Of a DNA stretch of 64,000 bases, positions 49,229-59,143 are shown one piece after another. This DNA comes from Rebecca billardiae RCC1528. Its lineage: Eukaryota; Protista; Haptophyta. Location of the stretch: the NCBI GenBank assembly GCA_965240325.2, contig OZ251223.1:682001-746000 (forward strand), read 5' to 3'. The position numbers and the translations under genes were made by a program. Each line of letters opens with the position of its first letter. The stretch's first letter is position 1. Below the pieces are notes generated by a model that did no database searches, was not told where the DNA came from, and worked only from the letters and a program-made list of their open reading frames with translations.

Positions 49229-52200
49229 TCAGGGCTGCGCGCCCTTCTGCTTGAGCGTGATCTTGTCCCCGAGCGACAGCGCGATGCCCTGCGTCTTGCT
49301 CCGGATGCGGATGTAGCCCGAGATCCGACCGTCGGCCGAGCGCTTCTCGACCGACACATTCACCAACGCGGCCTCGCCAAAGTTGGAGCGGGCGTAGAGG
49401 TTGGCGGCGAGGAAGCCGGACTCGCCGCCGAGCGCGGAGGGCGGGGTGAGGCACTTCATGTTCGTCGAGCGCACGACGTGCTCGAGGAACGCGCGCACGT
49501 CCGTGATGTCCGTGTTCACCGCAACCTGCGCGCGCGCGCGGGTGCCAAGGGGCGGCGCGCGGCGCGCGCGGGGCGGACGCGGCGCTCAGCGCGCGCGCGC
49601 GGCGGTGGGGCGCGGGGCGCGTCGGGCGGGCGTGCGCGGCGCGTGCGCGCGCCTTGTTCTCCCACTCGAACTCGGCCCACATCGCGCGGAACGCCAGGTC
49701 GGAGCACGACGCGGGCGAGATGTAGTCCATGATGTCGATGTGGATGTCGTGCAGCACCACGCACGTGCGGTCAGCGTTGACCGGGCCTGTCGCGTCGTAC
49801 ACGATCGAGCCGAAGACGATGCCGGTCTCGGTCGAGGCCACCTTGATGTTGGCGCGGATCGAGCGCGACTCGCCGGGCGAGAGCGAGTGCGCCTGCGGCC
49901 GCTCGCACAGCTTCAGGTCGCCCACCGTCGCCAGCTCGAGCGTGAGGTTCGCCATCGTCTCGGCGCTCTGGTTGACAACGAGCACGTCGAGAACGATGTC
50001 GTACTGGTGCACGGTCACGAAGGCCTCGGCGTACACGGGGTCGGACATGCCCTGCGCGGGGTCGGGGGTGCAGGTGGTGAGGGAGGGAGGGAGGGGAGGG
50101 AGGCGCAGGGGGGCACGCGCGGCGGGGCGGGGGCGGCTCAGCACGGGGGCGCGCGCGCCTCCCTCCGCGCGCGCCCCCCTCCGCGCTCCGCGCGCGTGCC
50201 GTGAGCTGCGTCACGCGCTTGAGCCGCTGCGAGAAGTCGTCCGCCTCGGCGCTGTTGCCGGTGAGCGCGCTGAGCTCGATGTCGTGGTCGTCCGTGTCGA
50301 GCTCCACGTCGGCCGCGCCGCCCTTCAGCTGCCGGATGTTGAGCAGGGCGTCGACCTGGCGCACGGCCGCCTCGGGCGCGAGGTCGGGCTGTTTCGCCGC
50401 CGCGCCCTCCGCGCCCGGCAAGCCCTTGGCGCCTTCCGCCGCGCCTTGCTCCGCCTCCGCCGCCTTCTTGTCGGCGAGCAGCTCGGCAAAGGACGCGTGG
50501 CACTCGCGCAGGAAGTGCTCGCTCACCGCGGCGGAGGGCACGGAGAGCAGCTGCAGGCAGATCGAGAGCCGGTCGGCCGAGTCCGCGTCGATGCGCTGCT
50601 CGGGCGCGCGCGACTGCCCGAGCCGCAGCATGCCGATCAGAATGGCCATCACGTCCGCAGTGACCAGGTTGGCTATCCGAGTGTCAGGCACATGCTCGCG
50701 CGAGCGCAGGGCGAGCTTGGTGAGCGCGGTGCCCGCGACGGCGGCGAGGAAGAAGTCGCCGCCGACGATGAGCTCGCGCAGCTTGAGGCCAGGCACCGAG
50801 CCGCCCGCCATGCCCGCGCCCTTCCCGCTCCCCGCGCCGCCGCCGCCCGCGCCGCCGCCACCCGCCGGCATGACCGGCGTCGACGCGTAAGTGCCGTCTG
50901 CCAGCACCGTCGTGCGCACGGCCGCCGACTTGGGCGCGGCCGGCTTGCCGTCGGCGTCGGCGCCGTCCGCCGCGGCGGCCGCGGCGGACTCGTCCGCGGG
51001 CAGCAGCGGCAGCGAGCCCAGCGCGCCCTTCACCGTCTGGAACGCGCGCGCCACCTCGTCAGCCGAGTGGCAGTATTCGCCGAGCAGCCACAGGGTGATG
51101 CGCAGCACGCGCGCCGAGTGCACGGTCGGGAAGACGTCGAGCGCCTTGGCCATCACGGAGGGGCGGAGCTGCGTGTGCACCTCGACGATCTCGCGCACGA
51201 ACAGCGCCACGTCGAGCGCCGACGTCTGGTGCTGGTCCGCCAGGAAGTCCATCAGAACCGGCACGACCGTCTCGGCAACGTCCGGAAACTTGACGGCGCA
51301 CGAGTGGATCGCGTGGATCAGCAGCTCATTGTACTCGGCGCTGCGCTCCGAGCCGGAGGAGTCGGCCTCCTCCGCCGCCTTGGAGCGCGAGACCTCCTTC
51401 TTGAGCGCGTGCACCACCTCGGCGATGTTGCGCGGCGTGATCAGGTCCAGCGTGATGTCGAGGCACTTCTTGCGGATGTCGAGGTTTGGACTGCGCGCAC
51501 CGGCCGCGCGCGGTCGGTGGCGGGCGCGCGGCGCGGGGGGCGCGCGCGCGCGCGGCGTGAGCGCCCGTCGCGAGCGCGCGCGCGGCCCGGCGGCGCGGCA
51601 TGCCACCACCCACCCACCCACGCACGGACGCGCGCGCGAGCGAGCGAGCGTGTGCGTGTCCAGATTAGCGCGCCGCGCACGGCAGAGCGCAGCGCGACAC
51701 CCAGGGCGCGCGCCCAGGCGGGCGTGCTCTGCGGCACCGGATGACCCGACCCCGCACTCGGCTTGCGGGGAGGGCTTCGATAGGCGCCGGGCGTGCGTGT
51801 GCGAGCGCGCGCGCGCGTGCGCGCAGCCCCTCCACCCCACGCCCGCCGCCGCGCGCGGCCGCGCGCATCGGCCGCCGCACAAGCGCGCCATCCGCGCCGG
51901 CCGCGCGCATCGGCCTCCGCACAAGCGCGCGCGCCGGCCGCGCGCATCGGCCGCCGCGCAAGCGCGCGCGCCGGCCGCGCGCATCGGCCTCCGCCGCACC
52001 TGGCGAGCGCGCGCATCACGTCCATCACCATCTCCTGCAGCACGCGCGGGTGCTTCGCCTTGAGCTCCTGCAGCCGCTCGAGCACGATCAGCTTCACGTT
52101 GTGGTCGCTCTCCGCCGTGAGCAGCGTCGTGTAGCTCGACGCCGCCGCCTTGATCGCGGTCGGCGACGCGGTGAGCGCAACGAGCGTCGATGAGCACTCG

Positions 52201-53161
52201 TACAGCACCGCGTTCGACGTCGTGTTGAAGAGCGTGAGGATGCACCGGATGTACTTGCTCTTCTGGTACGGGTCGGAGCGGCACACCTTCCGGATCAGCT
52301 CGAGCACCACCAGCTGGAACAGGTCGCCGTAGTTGCTCACCTGCTCCAGGTTGTCCGTGAGGAACGCGACCGCGCGCTCCTGCGCGCAGTGGAAGAGCAT
52401 CAGGAAGGCGTTGCGCTTGCACGACACGTCCGACTCGGTGTGCAGCAGCGCCTCGATGAGCTCGGGCGCGTCGGGCATCAGCCCCTCGAAGTGGCGGTAG
52501 ATCGTGTACGTCGTGAGCACCGCCGCGCGCCGCACGTACGAGTGCCGGTGCTCGAGGTTCGTCTTGACCGTCGGCACAAGCGGCTCGAGGAGTTCGGGCT
52601 CGGCGAGTTTGCACAGGAAGCGCAGCGTCGAGCCGCGGATGTACTCGTTCGGGTGCTGCAGGTCGTTGCGCAGGTTGTTGCTGCGCGCGCGCGGGAGCGC
52701 GGGAGGGGCGGGGCGCGCGCGGGCGAGGGGTCAGGTGCGAGCGCCGGCGGCCGCGCGCGCGCACCGGCGGCGCCAGAGCCCTCGCCATCAGCCGCGCGGC
52801 CGAGGGCGTGGCGCGCGCGCCAGCTCGTGGCGCGCGCGCGTCGCGCCCGCAGGCGTGCGCACCAGACGAGGATCATCTCAGGGAGCAGCTTGCCGTCGGG
52901 CCCCGTCTTGTCCACCACCTCCCAGTAGATGAGCAGCAGCTTCTTGATCGTGTGGTCGTCGCACGGCACGCAGAACCGGATCACCGTCATGAGCAGGTTG
53001 GGCATCATCTCGCCGTTGAGCATCAGCTGGATCGTCGTCTTGAGCGCGTTCACCTTCGTGCCGATGTCCTTGTCCTCCAGCTGCTCCTTGATCTCGTCCT
53101 CATTCGGCGGCGCGGACTTGTCGTAGTGCAGCAGGAGCGTGCAGTTGCGCTCCATCGCCAT
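49229..53161 (-). CDS. COPB1: Coatomer subunit beta, 5 coding exons
   Basis: [13 protein letters not shown]...LLPEMILV|C; [10 protein letters not shown]; VTQLT|[10 protein letters not shown]; [13 protein letters not shown]|VAVNT; [18 protein letters not shown]. Introns 52681-52862, 51491-51999, 50052-50199 (GC-AG), 49526-49652 (GC-AG). Confidence 0.96.
51855..51998. repeat. Intronic minisatellite (about 38 bp, about 4 copies)
   Basis: Repeated ggccgcgcgcatcggcc(g/t)ccgcacaagcgcgc units in COPB1 intron 2. Confidence 0.8.
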
Positions 53162-53460
53162 CGCGCCCTGCGGTGCGAAGCGCGCGCCCGGTGGCGCGCC
53201 CGTCCGGTGGGGGAGAGCGCACGGGGTTAGGGCGGGGGCAGCGGTGGCGCGCGGCGCCGGACGACCGGCGAACCCCGCCGACGCGACGAACCGGGCGCCG
53301 ACGTCCTCACCGAGCGACCCCGCCGCCGCTGCGGCGCCGTGAAGGAGCACGATGGCGCAGAAGCTGCCGCAAAAGAGTCCGGCTGTGCGGGGCAGTCCTG
53401 CTCTGCTTTGATCGATCGGGATTCGTCGGGAAGATGAATCTGAGAGTCTGAACAGATCGT

Positions 53461-53509
53461 AATCTCGCCTGCCTGAGCTGTGTGCGTCTCTTATTCTTAG
53501 TAAACTGTA
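53461..53509. repeat. Tc1/mariner-like TIR (pogo/Tc2-type), inverted partner of 57697-57745
   Basis: AATCTCGCCTGCCTGAGCTGTGTGCGTCTCTTATTCTTAGTAAACTG|TA. Confidence 0.85.
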
Positions 53510-53764
53510 GCAGCATGCTGCATGGCTGATCGCATGCCAGTGACTGCGACTGTGAGACGCAGTAGTGCCGTTGAACGTTCACGGGCCGGCGGCCGGCAGG
53601 CGGCAGGCCTCAGGCTGATCCAAGTGTTCTGTTTTCTGATTCAACACAGTGCACAACAGTATACGACAACACGGTTCCGCTGTGCGCCCGCAGGCGCGGC
53701 GGACCGGTCCCGGTGCGCAGTGCCACGGGCCCACGGCGGCCGCGGCCCGGCCCGGGACAGCACT

Positions 53765-56700
53765 CTATTCGCCTCCGCAGTGCTCGCGGTCGCGCTCGGT
53801 CGCGAGCTCGCCGAGCACGGCCGAGAGCTCCGACTGCAGCACCGAGCCGCCCTCAGTGAGGGTGTGCGCCAGGCGCACGGCGGTGCGCGAGCCGGCCCGG
53901 CACAGCGAAGCGCGCGCAACGCCCGCATCCCGCGACGAGGGCGTGCCGCACGGTGACGGCTCGAGCGCCGCACTCGGCGGGGTGGTGCGTGTCGGCGTCT
54001 CGATGCGAAGAGGCGCGTGCCTGTGCGCCGTGAAGCGAGAGTGCCACTCCGGCGAGGAGGGCGGCACCACGCATTGGCCGACGGGGCTCCCCGGAGACAG
54101 GCACGCCGGCGCGTCTGCGGGCTGCAGCGCGTGTGCCGCGTCGCGCCCCAGCACGCCGGAAGACGCGGCGATGGCGCCGTCGCGCGGCGCGCCGCCCGCC
54201 AGCTGGTGGCCGCTGCCGATCGCAGCGGCCGACACGCTGCGCGCCATGTGCTCGGCCGCACGCGGGTGCTCGGTGTTGGCCAGCAGGACGGAGCTCGAGA
54301 CTGCGCGCAGGGCGCTGCCCGCGCTCGGCACCGCGCCGAGCCGCGACGGGCGCACGTGCCGCGCCCGCCCGCGCAGCGCCACGCCGTCCGCGGACGAGGG
54401 CGACGACGCGCCCCGGCACGAGGCGGGCGAGGGCGACGCCGAGTTCGAGCCCGACGACGAGGAGGCACCGCAGAGCACGTCCGCTCGCGTGCGGGCGTTG
54501 ACGGGGCTGCCCTGGCTCGGCGAGCCCGGCCCGCTGAGCGCGGCCGGGCTTCCCTCGCCCGCGGGCGAGGGCGTGGGCGAGCCCTCGCTAGAACGCGGCG
54601 AGCGGCTGAGCTGCTCCTGCAGGCTGGTGCGCAGTATCTGCATGATGGTGGCGATCCCGTCCCTCGACTTGTCCACGCACACGTTCAGGCCCGCGGCCTC
54701 GAAGTCGGCGCGCTCCGGACTGCCCACCGGATCGCCTGCGAGCGCGAAGCGGGGCGGCGGCGGGCGATGGGCACGGGCGCGTGCGCTCGCGAGGAAGTGT
54801 GGCGGGGACCGCGCGGATGCGCGCGCGGCGCGTGCGGAGCCGCGCGGGGCGGCGCGTGCGCACACCGGTCATGCCGACGATGACTCCGTCGTAGCCGAGG
54901 GAGCGCAGCTTGCGCGTGGCGTTCGCGCCGCTCATCACGGGCATCTGCGCAGCGCGTGCGGGATGGCGCGTCGCGTCGTGCGCATGTGAGCGGCTGCTCG
55001 CGAGCCGCGGCAATTGCGCGCGGCACGCTCGGTCGTCGGAGCGCGCGCGCAACGCACGCACCTGGTTGTCCATCAGGATGAGCGAGTAGCGGCGCGGGGC
55101 CTCGAGCACGCGCTGCACCGCCTCCTCGCCGTCCGCCGCCTGCTCGTACTTCACCCCCAGCTTGTTGAAGATGCGCAGCGGCAGCGCGCGGCGCAGCAGC
55201 GCGTCGTCCTCCACGTGCAGCACGAGCAGAGTCTCGTCGGTGGGCGCGGAGCAGGAGGACGCGGAGGAGGAGAGCGGAACAAGCGAGCCGGTGCCGCCGT
55301 CCGTCGGCGGGCCGACGGGCTGCAGGGCCGGCGGGCGGTACGCCACGTGCCTCGGCGACGTCGGCGTGCTCCCGCGGGTCGAGCCCCCCCGCTGCGACTG
55401 CCCGTGCCCCCACGGCGTCGGCAGCTGCTCCTCCTTGGGCGACGAGCACTGTCGCACGATCTCGGGCGCTCCGGACGCGGACATGATGAACACGCTGCCG
55501 CCGGGCCGGACCGGCCGGCGCGCGGGGCGCGCGAGGGGCATCGCCGTGTGCGACGCGGCGGCGGAGAGCCGCGAGCCGGCGGGCGCAGCCGTGCTGCTTG
55601 GCGGATGCAGCACCGGCGCGAGCTCGTCCAGCCCGATCCGCACGTTCATCTCGGGCGAGTTGTGAACGCCGGTCGCCGCGAGCGACGACTCAGAGTCGTC
55701 GTCCTCGCCGCCGCGTTCGCACGCGCCCTCCGAGCCGTGCGCGTGCGCGTCCCCGCTGGCGGGCTCGGCGTCGGCGGCCGACGGCGCGGCGTCCTCCGCG
55801 CACGCGTCGTGCGCGCCCGACGGCTCCACCGTCGCCTCCTCCTCCTCCGGCAGCGGCGGCGCGTGCTGCGGCGCGTGCGTCGGCGCGAGCGGAGGGCGGC
55901 GCTGCCGGCGCGCGTGGCCGAGCGCGCAGTCGAGGTCCATGGCGAAGGTGCTGCCGCGGCCGATGCCGGGCGAGCTGACGCTGAGTCGACCGCCCGGGTG
56001 CAGCGCCGCGATGCGCCGCGCAATCGACAGCCCGAGCCCCGCGCCGCCCAGCCCGCGCAGCTGCCCAGCCATCACGCCGTGCGCAAACGGGTCCGCGCCG
56101 TTCAGCGCGCACACGTCCGCGGCCGTCATGCCCATGCCCTGGTCGGTGACGGAGATGCGCAGCCGCGGCGGCGCGGCGGCGTCGTCGGGGCGGCCCAGCA
56201 GGCGCGCCGAGATCGTGACGGACGTGTCCGCCTCGGAGAACTTGATCGCGTTGCTCAGCCCGTGGCCGAGGCACTGGCGCAGCCGCCGCAGGTCTCCGTA
56301 CAGCTTGCACGAGGACAGGCCGGGCGGCAGCGCCTCGACGACGAGGCTGATGCGCTTCTTGCGCGCCCACGCGGCGTACAGCTCGACGGTGCCGTGGAGG
56401 AGCGGGCGCAGCCCGAACGTGTTGCGGCACAGCGCGAGGTTCCCCGACTCGAGCCGCTCGAACTCGAGCATGTCCGCGACGATGGCTTCCATCAGCTCGC
56501 ACGCGACGTCGATCGACTCGAGCCGCTCCAGGAAGTCCGAGTGGAACGGCGAGGCGGGCGGCTCGGCGGCGGGGCCGGCGGGCGCGTCGCCGCCGTTCGG
56601 GTGCTCCGCCGCCGCGTACCACCCCGTGCGCTCCGCGACGAACGCGTCGCGCAGCGACTCGACGAGCGAGGTGACCGAGAGCAGCGGCGTGCGCAGGTCG

Positions 56701-57494
56701 TGCATCACGGTGCGCACCAGCCGGCAGCGCGCGCCCGCGCTCGCCTCGCGCGCCTGCTTGGCGAGCTGCTGCTCGACGCTGTGCAGCTGCGCCAGGACGT
56801 TCGCCTCGGCGAGCGCCTGAGCGCTCCGCCCCTCGCGCACGAGCGCGAGCATCGCGGCCATGCGCATGTGGCAGACGCAGGCGAGCGCATGCGCGGAGAG
56901 CAGCGCGCATGCACGCTCGGCGCGCGCGGCAGGCGACACGCCCGCATCAGCGCTCACGCCCGCCGCCACGGCTGCGGCGGCCGGTGGAATGAGCCACCGC
57001 ACCTTGCAGCCCGCGGGCGCAGCGGCCATCAACACCACCGTGGCCAGGCGGGCCACGAAGGCGAGCGCGCGGACGAGAAGAGCCGCGAGCGCGTCTGGCC
57101 CTTGCGCGGCGCTGCATGCGCCAAGCTCGGCGTCAGCGGAGAGCGAGGCGAGGGCTGCGGCTGGCAGGCACATTGCGAGCGCACACGCCTCGTCGAGCGC
57201 CGCTGCGCCCGTTGCGCCGCGAGCGAGTCCGCACTGCGCGGTCGCGCGGATGGCCGCAAACGCCACAGCCGCCGCAGCAGCGAATGCAGACGATGCGCGC
57301 GCTCCTGGCAGCACGTCCCGCAGTGCGAGCGCCACGAGCGTCGCGAGAGCACACGCCAGCGCCATTGCGCCGCTGTGTGGCGTTGGCATGACGCGTGCTT
57401 GTCGTGCACACGCGTCGCCACCGTCCGCCTTCAAGAGGCGCTGGTGGTCGAGCATGAGAAGTTGTTTCTGGGTAGGGCGATACCGCGAGTGCAC
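53765..57494 (-). CDS. Membrane hybrid histidine kinase (HisKA, HATPase_c, receiver), 3 exons
   Basis: H-box VMHDLRTPL; N-box RLRQCLGHGLSNAIKFS; G1 VTDQGMGM; G2 GAGLGLSI; receiver LHVEDD...LILMDNQ|MPVMSG...K. Introns 54945-55061 and 54736-54865. Start could be 57494, 57389 or 57365. Confidence 0.9.
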
Positions 57495-57696
57495 ACATCA
57501 ATCAGTCTCATCACCGCCTTGGCGGTGATGAGATTTATGATACGCTCGGAGTGGTTCACACCCGGTTTCACACTTGCACATCTGCACAAAATCTTGCTCT
57601 AGCTTGTGAAGTTGGTATCCTCTCCGATTCGATCTGGGTTTTACCCAGGGTGTCGTAGTGAACCCAAATCGACGAACCCAACCCCGCTGAATTAGG

Positions 57697-57745
57697 TACA
57701 GTTTACTAAGAATAAGAGACGCACACAGCTCAGGCAGGCGAGATT
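57697..57745. repeat. Tc1/mariner-like TIR, exact inverted copy of 53461-53509
   Basis: TA|CAGTTTACTAAGAATAAGAGACGCACACAGCTCAGGCAGGCGAGATT. Confidence 0.85.
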
Positions 57746-57756
57746 GACGCCCGCCA

Positions 57757-58065
57757 ACAGTACGGCCCAGGAAACCCGGCCGTCATCTGTGTTCGAAATT
57801 GATTAAAGGGGGATGAAAGAAGATGATGTGATGCAAGAGCCCTTTCGCCTTCCTCTTTCCCACGCCCATTATTTTTGATGAGGCTGACAAGGGGAACGCT
57901 ACAGTACGGCCCAGGAAACCCGGCCGTCATCTGTGTTCGTCATTTTTGATGAAATTGATTCAAGGGGGATGAAAGAAGATGATGTGATGCAAGAGCCCTT
58001 TCGCCTTCCTCTTTCCCACGCCCATTATTTTTGATGAGGCTGACAAGGGGAACGCTACTGTACGG
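57757..58065 (+). repeat. Tandem duplication, about 145-155 bp x 2, AT-richer than background
   Basis: acagtacggcccaggaaacccggcc...aaggggaacgct at 57757-57900 and 57901-58056; the second copy has a small insertion. Confidence 0.9.
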
Positions 58066-58886
58066 ATAACCATACCCCCACATGGAAGTATGATATGATA
58101 TTGCGTTGACCACGGCAGGGTTGACTGACGCCTACAATACTTGACCCAAGGACCATCAAATAATAGCCCGCCTTGCGACGGGGTCGCCGTCCCCCGGCCA
58201 CGCCGACTGGCGTTCGTTGAATGAGTACAACAGATTGTGATTGGAGCCCCGTGCACAGTGGCCGCGGCACTCGCATGACAGGTCCAGCGGCGCCCTGTGG
58301 GCAAGCGAGCCAAGAGGCGCAGCGAGTCCGGTGCGGCTGCAGAGTGCAGTACTCAGGCCCGGTGAGCGCGAGCGCCGAGTCGCAGGCGCGCGCGCGCCGC
58401 GCCGCTGGCGCCGGGCTCGCCCGGGGGCCGCGCCGGGGGAGAAGGGCGCCGCTGCAGCGCTCCTTCTAGTTCTGCCATCACACGCGATCCGCCGGCAGAA
58501 AGAGTAGGAAGACCTGACTCGCGGGTGCGCCAAGTTTTGACAAAAACAATGAATCAGTTCAACTCCGCGCGCTCTGCGGGTAAACCTGACAGTTTCAGCC
58601 AGCCAGCTGGCTCGAGCGGCAGGCGCGTACGCGACCGCTCGGGGAGCACGGGGCAGGCTCGACCAGCTGCTACCAGCGGCTGAGACTGCCAGCTGACATC
58701 CGGACCTGCACCATCGCCCTCGCTCGGGGCACAGCAGGGCCATGCGAGCGCGCGGAGCGAGCCGCGCAGCGCACTGTGGATCGCGCTCCAGCTAAGCTCA
58801 AGGCCGCGCTCAAGCAATCCGATCGCGGTGCAGGCTATGCTCTGCCACCAACGCCGACTTCGTGTCGACGATCGGGCACTGCCGCC

Positions 58887-58949
58887 GACGAATCAGGAGA
58901 CCCGCGTCGTCCTACCTGTGTCGTTAAATCATAGAATGAGTTTAGTCGG
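58887..58949 (+). repeat. Dispersed repeat, about 60 bp, also at 31804-31866
   Basis: gacgaatcaggaga...cctgtgtc..ttaaatcatagaat..tagtc is shared between the two loci. Confidence 0.6.
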
Positions 58950-58994
58950 ACTGCTCATGCTGTCCCGCAGAACTTTATAATACTCAACTAGTCA

Positions 58995-58996
<2 letters not shown>

Positions 58997-59057
<61 letters not shown>

Positions 59058-59060
59058 GAG
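58997..59060. repeat. (GA)n microsatellite
   Basis: About 32 AG units with one interruption. Confidence 0.95.
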
Positions 59061-59143
59061 ATTATAGTGGCTCGGCCCTTTACCACCGAACCGTATAGCT
59101 GTTTATTCGATGCGGACCCCCGACCTCAAGCGGAAGGGCGCGC

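Noticed and set aside
53480-53500. gtctcttat similarity to a Nextera/Tn5 adapter end
   Set aside because: Only a short core matches, and the 49-mer recurs with natural divergence and TA-flanked TIR structure.
57810-57890. TGATGA/CTGA motifs as a C/D-box snoRNA
   Set aside because: The boxes are too close together and there is no terminal stem or recognisable guide sequence.
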